Source: Flavobacteriales bacterium
GTDB lineage: Bacteria > Bacteroidota > Bacteroidia > Palsa-965
Assembly: GCA_040377305.1 (NCBI GenBank)
Contig: JBEIPA010000010.1
Location: 32,001 to 96,000, forward strand
Direction of reading: 5' to 3'
Length of the DNA stretch: 64,000 nucleotides
Under the pieces are notes generated by a model, which worked only from the letters and a program-made list of their open reading frames with translations, had not been told where the DNA came from and made no database searches. The position numbers and the translations under genes were made by a program. Below, piece by piece: positions 17,543 through 27,745 of the stretch. Each line of letters starts with the position of its first letter. The first letter of the stretch is position 1.

Positions 17543-19753
17543 ATGTCGGGATTTGCAAATAACATTACCGCGAAAGCGTTCGTAGGCTTTCTGATTCTCG
17601 CCCTTGTATTCGGTGTGGGAACCTATTTGATTTACGTTCGGTTAAACGATCTCGATCCTTCTGTTCAGCGCATCAGAGAACCAAACAAACTTATCCGCCT
17701 TTATCGGGAAACCACCAGGAACTCGAATTCTGCAATAACACTTATGAGACGATTTCTGCTCACAAGTGATACAAATTTCCTGCGCGAATTCGATGGGGTT
17801 TGTTTGCAGATTGACCGTGACCTCGATTCGATGCGAAATTTTGCTGCAGAAGATCCGGTGCGTCTTGCCCGTGTGGATTCATTCGCGGTGTTGATCGATC
17901 AGAAGTTGGAGGAATCTACATACGGCATTGCCATGCTGCAAGGCACTAAGCAGATGAGTATGGCTATTGACAATGCATTGCAGATGCTGGCTGTTGCCGA
18001 ACGGAAACGCGAACAAGTGACTGATCAGGCGGACCGCATAGAAATGACCAGTGGAAAAACGGATGTGAAATCTGAAAGCGATGAACAGGCTTCCGTAATT
18101 CCAAAGAATAATTTATGGAGACGAATTCTCACGAAGCGACAGAAGGAAAAAACGGACACATCGTTAAGCATTGAAGCGATTGCATCGATGCTTGATTCAA
18201 TTATTGCCGATACGAATGTTGTAGCGGGGAACAAAGTTACACCACCAACTCCCGTAGAGGTAGACACGATCAATCGCGCAATGCAAATCGCAGACGAACT
18301 TACCCGGGCTAAAACAGAAGATTACAAAGCGCGCGAAGCTCAACTGGAAAGTGAACTTCAACTTCTTGCTCAGCGGCGTACAACTGATAGTTTGATCACT
18401 GAGTTAGGTATACGAATTTCTCAGGCCGAGAACCAGGCGATTGCCGACCTGATCGGAGACGCATCTGTTGAAGTACGTTCCGCAACGTCTAACATTATCA
18501 CCATTCTGGGTATCGGCGCAGTTGTTCTGATTCTTTTATTCACGATACTCATTCGCGCTGATGTTAAACGTAATGCGAAGCTTCAGGAGCAAATGTCGGA
18601 AGCACGTTTAGCGGCTGAAAATCTCGCTAAAACCAGAGAGGAATTTGCCGCAAATATGAGCCATGAAATCCGGGGTCCATTGAACTCCATCATGGGTATT
18701 TCAGAACAACTCACCAAGAATCCGGGTACTGGAAATCATAAACTCGTAGAAGGATTATTAAGTTCATCACAGCATTTGCTCGGACTTATTAATCCGGTTC
18801 TTGATGTAACCCGATTGAATTCCGGAAAGATCGAATTCGAAATTCATCCCATTGATGTGCGGGAAACTCTGTCCGACGTTCACCGTGCATTCCGGGTATC
18901 TGCAGCAGAAAAGGTAGTGGCACTTGAAGTACTGGTTGGACACGACGTTCCAAAAACGGTAATGGGCGATGATGTTCGCTTGCGACAAATCTTATTCAAC
19001 CTCGTTGGAAATGCAATTAAGTTCACCGATAAAGGCAGTGTTACAATTGCGTGCGAGAATCTCGGATCCGGAAAAAACAATACTATTACTCTGCGTTTCA
19101 AAGTTACCGATACGGGCATTGGAATTGAGCCAAGTGCAATCAATCGCATATTTGACGAGTATGCACAGGCCGATAGCACAATCACACGGAAGTTTGGAGG
19201 AACAGGTTTAGGATTATCTATTTCAAGAAAACTCGTTGAACAGCAAAACGGAAAAATTGCGGTGAAGAGTGAAGTTGGCGAAGGAAGTGAATTCTGTTTT
19301 GACATTCCGTTTGAAGTTGCACCACTGGTCGCTGCAACCTTTGAGAAAAAAACGGTACACGCACAAGTGTTCAAAGGAAAAGAAATCCTGATCTGTGATG
19401 ATGATGAAATGAATCGATTGCTCGCTGGAATGATCATTGCTAATCACGGCGGAACAGTAACAGAATGTGGCGACGGAGAGGAAGTTGTAAAAAAACTCAA
19501 GTCCAATAATTACGATTTGCTGGTACTGGATATCAACCTTCCGGGCATGGATGGAAAGGCAACTGTAGCTGAGTTACGTTTAATCGGAAAGAAACTCCCA
19601 GTGATTGCTGTAACCGGTAACGCTCATGAGGAGGCCCACTTCAGAGAAGCCGGTTTTGATGGGATAATTATAAAGCCTTATCAGGAATCAGAACTGATTT
19701 CGGTCATGAATTCCTTCATTGGTACACAGGAAGACCAAAAAATCGGCAATTAA
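17543..19753 (+). CDS. Hybrid sensor histidine kinase / response regulator
   Basis: Two TM helices flanking a helical periplasmic region; SHEIRGPLN H-box, NLVGNAIKFT, DTGIGI, GGTGLGLSIS; C-terminal REC (LDINLPGMDG). Confidence 0.93.
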   Translation: MSGFANNITAKAFVGFLILALVFGVGTYLIYVRLNDLDPSVQRIREPNKLIRLYRETTRNSNSAITLMRRFLLTSDTNFLREFDGVCLQIDRDLDSMRNFAAEDPVRLARVDSFAVLIDQKLEESTYGIAMLQGTKQMSMAIDNALQMLAVAERKREQVTDQADRIEMTSGKTDVKSESDEQASVIPKNNLWRRILTKRQKEKTDTSLSIEAIASMLDSIIADTNVVAGNKVTPPTPVEVDTINRAMQIADELTRAKTEDYKAREAQLESELQLLAQRRTTDSLITELGIRISQAENQAIADLIGDASVEVRSATSNIITILGIGAVVLILLFTILIRADVKRNAKLQEQMSEARLAAENLAKTREEFAANMSHEIRGPLNSIMGISEQLTKNPGTGNHKLVEGLLSSSQHLLGLINPVLDVTRLNSGKIEFEIHPIDVRETLSDVHRAFRVSAAEKVVALEVLVGHDVPKTVMGDDVRLRQILFNLVGNAIKFTDKGSVTIACENLGSGKNNTITLRFKVTDTGIGIEPSAINRIFDEYAQADSTITRKFGGTGLGLSISRKLVEQQNGKIAVKSEVGEGSEFCFDIPFEVAPLVAATFEKKTVHAQVFKGKEILICDDDEMNRLLAGMIIANHGGTVTECGDGEEVVKKLKSNNYDLLVLDINLPGMDGKATVAELRLIGKKLPVIAVTGNAHEEAHFREAGFDGIIIKPYQESELISVMNSFIGTQEDQKIGN

Positions 19754-19844
19754 CTTTTCCTGATCTAAGTTATTTTCGAAACTGACGACCGTCATAGGTG
19801 TGTGATTGAGGCGCATATAATTTCGCTTTATCAAATCAACTCTT

Positions 19845-20093
19845 ATGAACAAGAACAAAATTGTTGCAGCGATTATCGCAATCCTCCTTTACGTAGGACC
19901 ATTCTATTACCTGTTTATCCGAAACAATGGAAGCGACATTGTTGACACCGGAAAAGAAATGCTGGTCGGTGTAAGTTGGATACTTGGAATGATTGTGGCA
20001 TTTTATTTTGCCGTGAACCAACCACTCAAAACGAAGAGCGCCGCATCTGCCGTTAAAAAACACACTGCAGAAAAACTCAACAAAGCTGCATAG
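19845..20093 (+). CDS. Small two-TM membrane protein
   Basis: 82 aa; two hydrophobic helices; basic tail ending in KAA. Confidence 0.6.
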   Translation: MNKNKIVAAIIAILLYVGPFYYLFIRNNGSDIVDTGKEMLVGVSWILGMIVAFYFAVNQPLKTKSAASAVKKHTAEKLNKAA

Positions 20094-20249
20094 TCCACTC
20101 TGAACGTTTGTATATTGTCGTATGCAATTCGCCAATGCGACCCAGGCTGATGCCGAATACACAAACGGATTTCGTGAAACTATTTCGGTTGTGTAACGAT
20201 ACTTCGACCTGGAGCCAGGTTCGCAACAGCTATATATTCACGGATATTT

Positions 20250-20420
20250 ATGAGTGAACAGAAAAAAGAATGTCCTTCTTGTGCTATGCAGATTGGAGCC
20301 GAATCCAAGGTGTGCCCCATTTGTGAATATGAGTTTCCTGTCCACACCAAATATCAGTGGATAGCAGGAATCATGCTTTTTACCGGCATTTTAGTGATCA
20401 TCTACTATTTGATCAGGTGA
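20250..20420 (+). CDS. Small zinc-ribbon membrane protein (56 aa; below the ORF-track cutoff)
   Basis: Manual translation: MSEQKKECPSCAMQIGAESKVCPICEYEFPVHTKYQWIAGIMLFTGILVIIYYLIR; CxxC-x10-CxxC plus a C-terminal TM helix. Confidence 0.8.
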   Translation: MSEQKKECPSCAMQIGAESKVCPICEYEFPVHTKYQWIAGIMLFTGILVIIYYLIR

Positions 20421-20476
20421 TAATCTTGCAGTTCTGCGGAGCCTTCGTAAATTAGGTCCGTAACTGCTGGTCCACA

Positions 20477-21475
20477 ATGAAGAGATTATTTCGCTTAACA
20501 CTTCCCGTAAGTGTTTGTAGCACTTTTTTACTGCTCACGTTTAGCGGGTGCAACAAAGAAACGATGGAAGTGGATGTGCAGTTTGTTGAGGCAACTGCGA
20601 GCAGAACTTTTACCACACCTATCACAGAAATTTCATTCGGTTATAGTTCCGATGGGATGCTGGTCACAAGCAACCGGAAAAAAATATACGAGACCGGTAA
20701 CTATGGAACGACTTGGGCCCTTTGCACAACTTTCACTGCGACCAGCTGTTTTGTTGATCAAGTTAGATATACAAACACCGGCACTCTACCCTACTTCATT
20801 TATCATCCCAGCTCCGGCGGACTCGCTCAGATGTACACGAGTATAATCGGGAACTGTTCATACAATGATCAGATCATCTCTTCAGGGAACACGATCGTTC
20901 ACAGCTTTTACAATTCTTCGAGTGGCTATGCATATATCAAGCTTCCGTCGAATAATTATGGACTCGCACAAACTACCGACTTTGGTCAAACGTATACTTA
21001 CCTCTATCCGTCTCCGGTTATTGGCCCGTTCATGCAGTTCACCAGTTCTACTACGGGTTATGCAATAACAGATCAAGACAACTTTTCCAGAACCACTAAC
21101 GGAGGTCTTACGTGGACCGCCACGTTTGGAACCGTTAAGGAGTGCACCAAAGTCACACCAAACGGATTGTGTTTTCTGATTGGTGATGACGAAAAAATAC
21201 GCAAGTCAACCGATTTCGGATTAACATGGACGATATGTTTGAGCGATCCGGGTGGAAATAATTACGAAGCCATTGCGTGTTCAGACAACGGACTTGTAGT
21301 TGTAGCAGCACAAGGTCAGTTGTTGTGTTCACGAGATTTCGGTGCAACATGGAAGTATCTGAAATTCGGAACTTCTTCCATCACACTTACACGCTTGTTG
21401 ATACTTAGTGATGGTTCTGTAATCGGTATCAACGGAAAGACAGTGAGCAAGTACATAATTCCGGAAACGCTGTGA
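20477..21475 (+). CDS. BNR/Asp-box (YCF48-like) beta-propeller lipoprotein, copy 1
   Basis: Lipobox FSGC; repeats TTDFGQTY, TTNGGLTW, STDFGLTW, SRDFGATW. Confidence 0.82.
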   Translation: MKRLFRLTLPVSVCSTFLLLTFSGCNKETMEVDVQFVEATASRTFTTPITEISFGYSSDGMLVTSNRKKIYETGNYGTTWALCTTFTATSCFVDQVRYTNTGTLPYFIYHPSSGGLAQMYTSIIGNCSYNDQIISSGNTIVHSFYNSSSGYAYIKLPSNNYGLAQTTDFGQTYTYLYPSPVIGPFMQFTSSTTGYAITDQDNFSRTTNGGLTWTATFGTVKECTKVTPNGLCFLIGDDEKIRKSTDFGLTWTICLSDPGGNNYEAIACSDNGLVVVAAQGQLLCSRDFGATWKYLKFGTSSITLTRLLILSDGSVIGINGKTVSKYIIPETL

Positions 21476-22167
21476 AAAAATTCCTCGTACTATTTTTTCT
21501 CACCTGCGGCTCTTCATTGTTTGCTCAGGCGTTCCGTATTGAAATTGGATATAGTCAACTGCGGTATTCACAAATTGGTGCTCTATATTTTGCAAGTCCG
21601 AGCCATGTGCCCACCTGGTACGATATAGCAACAGTAAATCGCGAACTGAAAAGTCCAGGCTTTATATTCAATGGTTATTACCCATTGAATTTTGGAAAGA
21701 AATCGTATGAGATTTTTTCATTTGGTCCTCAAATCGGATTGGCGATGAACGTGTCACACACCACATATTCGGTAGATCTGAATTACCGTAAGTTGCCTTC
21801 TAAAATGAACATGCGCATCCCGCTGATGTTTTCGGTTCGTCTCGGAAGTACTAGTGCTGTGTATCAACGAAAACTTGGAATCGCCATTGCAGGTGGAATT
21901 GAAATGATGCAGCTCCAGTTGGCTGATCAGACTGGTACATTTTACCTGCCGGTAATTCAATCAAGCTTTGCCATCAACCGATTTATGTTCAATGTGAATG
22001 CGTATCCCATGGACATTGAAAGTATGTACACAATCAATGGTGCAGACGTCCCGCGTCTTACCACATCGTTACTTGAGTTTCAGTTTGTGATCGCAATTGA
22101 CGGTAATCCACCGCGCTATCACAACGATGCTCCGAAGAAAGGGAAAAACCGATCGCGCAGGCGTTAA
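21472..22167 (+). CDS. Secreted/outer-membrane beta-strand protein, copy 1
   Basis: GTG start overlapping the upstream TGA; signal peptide; alternating beta-strand pattern; basic tail. Confidence 0.7.
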   Translation: MKKFLVLFFLTCGSSLFAQAFRIEIGYSQLRYSQIGALYFASPSHVPTWYDIATVNRELKSPGFIFNGYYPLNFGKKSYEIFSFGPQIGLAMNVSHTTYSVDLNYRKLPSKMNMRIPLMFSVRLGSTSAVYQRKLGIAIAGGIEMMQLQLADQTGTFYLPVIQSSFAINRFMFNVNAYPMDIESMYTINGADVPRLTTSLLEFQFVIAIDGNPPRYHNDAPKKGKNRSRRR

Positions 22168-22224
22168 GTCCAGGTAGTTTTGCCATGTATTGGCAAAAGG
22201 CTAATTTCGGGTTGCTCGTTTCTC

Positions 22225-23223
22225 ATGACAAATAACCGCACTTTTCATTCTTTACGGTATGTGTTCATTGCTGCATGCATTGCATTCTGTGTCAATTCCT
22301 GTCGTACAGATGAGGTAATCGAAGTGGATATCAAAAAAGCGTCTGTTGTGGTATTGGAACCATTTACTCAGGCTCTTTACAATTTGACGTTCGTGGATTC
22401 CATGCGTGGAATGTTAATCATGAACAGAAGAGTTTACAGAACAACAGATGGCGGACTTACATGGTCCATATCGTACACCCCGGTGACGAATGCTTATGTA
22501 GACAAAATCAGATATGTAACTCCGACCCAAGCGTATTTCGTTTATTACTCTAACTCTTCTGCATTTGGCCGAATGTATTCCAGTTCCAATGGAGGAAGTT
22601 CATGGCAACCTCAATTTCAGTTTGGTGGCGCCTCACTAACTCCTGCATTTTATTCGGCAACGTCTGGTTACGCATATGGCAGAGTACCATCTGGTAGCTA
22701 CGGATTTCATTCCACCGTAGATGGTGGTGCGACATACACGTACCTGTATCCATGCAGTGTCCTCGGTCCACAAATGTACTTTACCAATTCACAAACGGGA
22801 TACGCTATCATGGACTCTGAAGCTTTTGCCAAAACCTCGAATGCAGGGCAAACATGGACTGCAACATTTCATGGGTGCAGAAAATTTACAGAAGTTACTC
22901 CAGTGGGCACCTGCTATCTCATCAACGATCAATTCAAAATTTACAAGTCAACAGATTTTGGCACTACATGGAATCTATGCTTCGAAGATCCCGGCGTTGA
23001 TTATCTCCGCGATATTGTTTGCCTGGATAACGGACTCGTGGTTGTTTCTGCCGATGAAAAACTATTGTGTTCACGTGATGGTGGTGTTTCCTGGTCGTAT
23101 TTGAGTCTGGATGAAAACGTACAATACCTTGACGATTTATATATCCGGAACAATACGACAGTCATCGCACGTAGTTCTGTTACAAACACAGTTGTACGTA
23201 TATCTATACCTGCAGATTTGTGA
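22225..23223 (+). CDS. BNR/Asp-box beta-propeller lipoprotein, copy 2
   Basis: Likely start ATG 22225; lipobox VNSC; TTDGGLTW, STVDGGATY, STDFGTTW, SRDGGVSW; colinear with 20477-21475. Confidence 0.82.
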   Translation: MTNNRTFHSLRYVFIAACIAFCVNSCRTDEVIEVDIKKASVVVLEPFTQALYNLTFVDSMRGMLIMNRRVYRTTDGGLTWSISYTPVTNAYVDKIRYVTPTQAYFVYYSNSSAFGRMYSSSNGGSSWQPQFQFGGASLTPAFYSATSGYAYGRVPSGSYGFHSTVDGGATYTYLYPCSVLGPQMYFTNSQTGYAIMDSEAFAKTSNAGQTWTATFHGCRKFTEVTPVGTCYLINDQFKIYKSTDFGTTWNLCFEDPGVDYLRDIVCLDNGLVVVSADEKLLCSRDGGVSWSYLSLDENVQYLDDLYIRNNTTVIARSSVTNTVVRISIPADL

Positions 23224-23915
23224 GAAAGCTATTAATCATATTTCTCGTTGTGTCTGTGCAATCGCTGATGGCACAACTCGTACGCATTGAATTTGGCGGA
23301 AGTTTCCTGATTAATTCTCAGTCTGGAACTGTTTTCGCGCAGGATGTATCTCATTCTCCGGCGTGGTATGATGAGATAAAGATTGAACGACGTTTGTGGC
23401 AACCAACATTCAGTGCACTACTGTATTACCCGATCAACTTCGGCAAACAGTCTTACGAACGGTTTTCTTATGGAATACAAACTGGAGTAGCATTAGGACT
23501 CACGACTCCCGGAAGAGCGTACGACCAGGCGCACTTTACCGAAAACAGCACAGTTCCATTTAGAATTCCGCTTATGGTGATGTTAAGAACCGGCAGCTGC
23601 AATGCACTCTATGATAAAAAACTCGGGCTGGCTTTTGGAGGAGGTGTTGAAATTATTTCATTGAGCTTTGCTGACGAATATGCCAAATTTATTGCTCCGG
23701 TAATTCAGATCGGTTTCGGGATCAAGCGTTCGACAACTTCATTAAACATTTTTCCAACTGCGCTTACAAGCAGCTATCTGAACAATGGTTCTACAACGAA
23801 ACGACTCACGAACAAGCTCATCGAATTCCGGTTTTCGTTAGCGATCGAGTGTACATCCAGTCGCTACCGACGATCGACCGGGATGAAACTTTACCGGAAC
23901 AGATCAGGCAGGTAA
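23220..23915 (+). CDS. Secreted/outer-membrane beta-strand protein, copy 2
   Basis: 231 aa like copy 1; shared RIE.G.S, SH.P.WYD, YYP.NFGK.SYE.FS.G, RIPLM motifs. Confidence 0.7.
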   Translation: MRKLLIIFLVVSVQSLMAQLVRIEFGGSFLINSQSGTVFAQDVSHSPAWYDEIKIERRLWQPTFSALLYYPINFGKQSYERFSYGIQTGVALGLTTPGRAYDQAHFTENSTVPFRIPLMVMLRTGSCNALYDKKLGLAFGGGVEIISLSFADEYAKFIAPVIQIGFGIKRSTTSLNIFPTALTSSYLNNGSTTKRLTNKLIEFRFSLAIECTSSRYRRSTGMKLYRNRSGR

Positions 23916-24178
23916 TAGTCCAGATATTACGCTGAATCATCGCCAGTAAAATAGCGCGTTTACACAATTTTACACCTTCGAAATTTCACGTTTTTAGGTT
24001 ACAACAATTCGGTTAAATGAGGTGAAAAAATCACCTTTACTTTTCCCCGAATTTGAGTCCAGTTGTACCAAAAAATGCCCAGTTACAAACTGGCAAACCG
24101 ATTTAACGAAACTTAAACGCCATTTTATCGCCGCGGCATAGTTTTTCCACGTTATATAAGTGAGAAATACCCTATGCC

Positions 24179-24565
24179 ATGAACTATCAGGACAACGAAG
24201 ATTGTATAGCGGTTTGCTTGGGCACTGCATCATTCTGCAATCACACCGCACTCTGGTGCACCGATGTTGAAACACATCGCGTAGAAATGAAGAAATGTAT
24301 TGAGCTTACACTTGAATGTGCAGCGCTATGTGCCGCCACTGCTCAACTCATCAGTATGGGAAGTGAACGCGCGAAAGACTTGTGCCGGTTGTGCGCCGAA
24401 GTTTGCGAAGCCTGTGAAGCACAGTGTAGCAAATTTAACAGCGAAACTTTAATTGCGTGCGCTGAGCTATGTCGTAAATGCTCGACAATATGTCGCGCAG
24501 TATATTCAAAACATTACACCGATTGGTTTCCTGGATTTGATCAGGACAGAATCGGATTGAATTAA
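24179..24565 (+). CDS. Cys-rich four-helix-bundle copper-binding protein (DUF326/Csp3/YhjQ-like)
   Basis: 16 Cys in CxxC/CxxxC spacing (CIELTLECAALC, LCRLCAEVCEACEAQC, CAELCRKCSTIC); no signal peptide. Confidence 0.85.
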   Translation: MNYQDNEDCIAVCLGTASFCNHTALWCTDVETHRVEMKKCIELTLECAALCAATAQLISMGSERAKDLCRLCAEVCEACEAQCSKFNSETLIACAELCRKCSTICRAVYSKHYTDWFPGFDQDRIGLN

Positions 24566-27500
24566 ACTTTGAATCCGGCGATGAGTACATCGTCGCATTG
24601 TTCTTCAGTGCCTTTCCAGGTATTGAAAGCGTCTCTGATTGTGTTTCCTTGTTCTTCCATGGGGAGAGACGCAATCATTTTGAGCAGACCTCTCAGATTC
24701 GGCGAAGAGAATTTACTCTGACGTGCTCCTCCAAACTGATCTGTGAAACCATCGCTGTACATGTAGAAGCAGTCGCCGCGATGAAGTTCCAGGGTTATTT
24801 CATCAAACACAGGAGTTGCCCGGGTATACACTCCTCCCAACCCTCCCTTGTGCGTTTTATACACGGTCACTTCTCCTCCGCGCACATGCAAAAGCGGACG
24901 ACCTGCTCCGGCAAAACGCAATATGTTTGTTGCTTTGTCAACCACGCACAAAGCAACGTCAAGTCCATCATGCGAAGAGTCACTGGATGCCTGCTGATGC
25001 AATGATGTTTTTATTTCTTTATTCAGGCTTTCCAGAATAACTGCAGGATTCGAATGGCCCTGATCAAAAACAACTTTGTTGATCAACGTTGAACTGATCA
25101 TGGACATAAACGCTCCAGGAACACCGTGACCCGTACAATCTGCAATCGCTATGAAGAAAAGATTGTCGCGCTCCGCAAACCAATAGAAGTCGCCACTCAC
25201 AATATCTCTTGGCTGGTAAAACACAAAACTATCCGGGAAATTCCGCTGAAAGATTTCCATATCGGTTAGAATCGCGAGCTGAATCCGTTTTGCATAACGT
25301 ATTGAATCGGTAATGTCTTTTGACTTCTGTTCAAGCTCTACATTAATTCGTGCTACACTTTCCTTTTCGGTCTCCAGCAAAAATGTTTTTTCCTTAACCA
25401 GCACTTGCAAACGTTCATTCATATTGACCAATGACACTGTTCGTATCCGTATGATGCTATAAACCAACATGGGCACAACGAGTATCAACATGACTGTGAA
25501 CCACGTTTTCTGCCAGAAAGGAAAGTCTATTGTAATGCGAATTGAATATGGCGTAGCTCCTGTTAGCATTGCGTTACGGGACGGCAAAACCTGAAGTTCA
25601 TAATTACCAGCCGACAATTGAGGAATAACAATCGAGCGGCCAGTTGCACTTCTCCACACGGTATCTGCCCCCATTATGCGGTAGTAAAACGGTCCGAGTG
25701 TATTCGCGGAGAACAGGATGCGATTGAATTCGAAAGTCAGATTGTATGAGCCCGGCTCCAGATTAATAGACCTGGATGGCACGCGCTCACTACCATCTAT
25801 AAAAAGACTGGCCAATGAAATGCGCGGATCCTGTCGGAGGTATTCTTTCGAGTCAGGCATCACTTCTATCAATCCGTTCTCCGAACATAAATACACAGAG
25901 CCTGACACATCATGAAAGACACATGGATTCAGTTTGTCGAAAAGCTTATTGTCGGTGCCGGTGAAGGAGTAAAAAAATGAGTCGCCCGGAAATTTCATAC
26001 TGATACCACTCCGGTGAATGATCCAGAGAATTCCGGCCTCGTCTGTACTTGCTGCAATACAATGATCGGAACGCAAACCGTTTTGCATCGAGTACATTTC
26101 ATTAACCTGCGAGCCTCCTGAAGGCGATAACGTAAATGAAAAAACACCGTCACCATCGGTGGTTACCCAATGCTGACCAGATGCATCGTCACAAACAGAA
26201 TTGATGACGTACGATTGCAGGTTAACAATATCATTCACCACTTTAACCTCACCGTGTTGCATCATATATGGCGGACTACCTTGCGAAGCAAACCAAACGT
26301 TGCCCGATGCATCGGCATTAAGCTGTCTGATATTGTTATGCGCCAGGCCATTTAATGTCGTATAGTACTGAGGTGGCGTACTGATATCCGCAAAAATGTA
26401 TAAGCCGTCTGACGTACCAACATATACTTCACCATTCGCTGCGTTCACGATGCCCGTAATTACTCTCGAATTCAGATGATACTTTTGAGAAATGTTTTCA
26501 AATCGGTCTGTGAGACGGGAATAGACATAAACGCCCTTCCCTTCCGTTCCAATCCACAACCTACCCGAGGTATCAATCGAAAGGCAAGACACTACTTCGT
26601 TAACGAATCCGTTACTTGCATCAAACTGTTTCGAATCTGACGCGCTTATTCGTGACACACCCGAGTCAGTTCCAATCCACATGTCGCCCAGATCATCTTT
26701 CAATACACAATTCACTTCGGGTCGTAACAAACCATTCTGTGTGGTATAGAACCGAAACACAGAATATGGAATCTCGACGAGGCCACTACCGAATGTTCCT
26801 ATCCACAGGTTATTCTCCGTATCAACAAACAGAGATTGAATATTATTATCGATCAACCCGGATGTTTCATTGAATACCTCAAAAGTGCGCGGCAGAAATG
26901 CAGGCGTAAAATCGAGTTTGTACAATCCATGTCCCATTGTACCTATCCACACCGTGTTGTCGTTGTTAAACTCAATGGCAGATACACTTACATCCGCACG
27001 AATCTGTGGTGCACCTAATTTACCTCTGAGCTCAAATGACTCTTGTCCGGCTGTGTAGTAGTAGACACCATCGTTCTCAACTGCAACAAAAAGAACGTCC
27101 TGCTGAAACATTTTCCCCAGGCAAACACTGGTGATATTTCGATTCTGAGTTTCCGGGAGTACATACAACAGATGCACCGAAAGATCAGCGAGCACTTCGT
27201 ATATACGTACGCCTGATTCGCTACCCACAACGAGGTGATCATTGAACGACACTACCGTGCCACGAAGAATATCACCACCCGACACCATGTTAACTTTATG
27301 GGTAAATGGATCAACGCGAAATAATCCGTTCCCTTCAGAAACACCCCACACGTTTCCATAGGCGTCTTCTGTAAAGGAATTTATTCGGCCTCGCACCTGC
27401 GTAGTTGAATCAACTATACTCGCGACATTCCGGTTGATAGAAGTAATTCCCGATTGAAAATGACCAACCCAAACCGTGCCATTGGTCCCCGAGCACACTT

Positions 27501-27741
27501 CCGACACCTGTTGTTCAGCCAGAGATTTTACCGGAGCCGCTTTCGAGAAGAAGTCTCCGTTGTAACTGATGACACCGGATTCAGTGCCCAAAATCAGTAC
27601 ACCATTCGTATCCTGATCAATAGAGAAAATGAATTTTTGCTCGAGACCTTTGTCTTCTGAGAACACACGCGTCGAAAATACCTGCGCATCCAATTGGCTA
27701 CATACAAGAAACAACAGCACATTTACAATCCAGTAACGCAT
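24562..27741 (-). CDS. Membrane sensor: periplasmic beta-propeller (Reg_prop) + Y_Y_Y-like domain + TM + PP2C/SpoIIE phosphatase
   Basis: Repeated D..G.LWIGT.G.GL blades; one TM; PP2C motifs DIVSGDFYW, DCTGHGVPGA, SDGFTDQFGG, DDVL. Confidence 0.92.
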   Translation of the reverse strand: MRYWIVNVLLFLVCSQLDAQVFSTRVFSEDKGLEQKFIFSIDQDTNGVLILGTESGVISYNGDFFSKAAPVKSLAEQQVSEVCSGTNGTVWVGHFQSGITSINRNVASIVDSTTQVRGRINSFTEDAYGNVWGVSEGNGLFRVDPFTHKVNMVSGGDILRGTVVSFNDHLVVGSESGVRIYEVLADLSVHLLYVLPETQNRNITSVCLGKMFQQDVLFVAVENDGVYYYTAGQESFELRGKLGAPQIRADVSVSAIEFNNDNTVWIGTMGHGLYKLDFTPAFLPRTFEVFNETSGLIDNNIQSLFVDTENNLWIGTFGSGLVEIPYSVFRFYTTQNGLLRPEVNCVLKDDLGDMWIGTDSGVSRISASDSKQFDASNGFVNEVVSCLSIDTSGRLWIGTEGKGVYVYSRLTDRFENISQKYHLNSRVITGIVNAANGEVYVGTSDGLYIFADISTPPQYYTTLNGLAHNNIRQLNADASGNVWFASQGSPPYMMQHGEVKVVNDIVNLQSYVINSVCDDASGQHWVTTDGDGVFSFTLSPSGGSQVNEMYSMQNGLRSDHCIAASTDEAGILWIIHRSGISMKFPGDSFFYSFTGTDNKLFDKLNPCVFHDVSGSVYLCSENGLIEVMPDSKEYLRQDPRISLASLFIDGSERVPSRSINLEPGSYNLTFEFNRILFSANTLGPFYYRIMGADTVWRSATGRSIVIPQLSAGNYELQVLPSRNAMLTGATPYSIRITIDFPFWQKTWFTVMLILVVPMLVYSIIRIRTVSLVNMNERLQVLVKEKTFLLETEKESVARINVELEQKSKDITDSIRYAKRIQLAILTDMEIFQRNFPDSFVFYQPRDIVSGDFYWFAERDNLFFIAIADCTGHGVPGAFMSMISSTLINKVVFDQGHSNPAVILESLNKEIKTSLHQQASSDSSHDGLDVALCVVDKATNILRFAGAGRPLLHVRGGEVTVYKTHKGGLGGVYTRATPVFDEITLELHRGDCFYMYSDGFTDQFGGARQSKFSSPNLRGLLKMIASLPMEEQGNTIRDAFNTWKGTEEQCDDVLIAGFKV

Positions 27742-27745
27742 AAAC

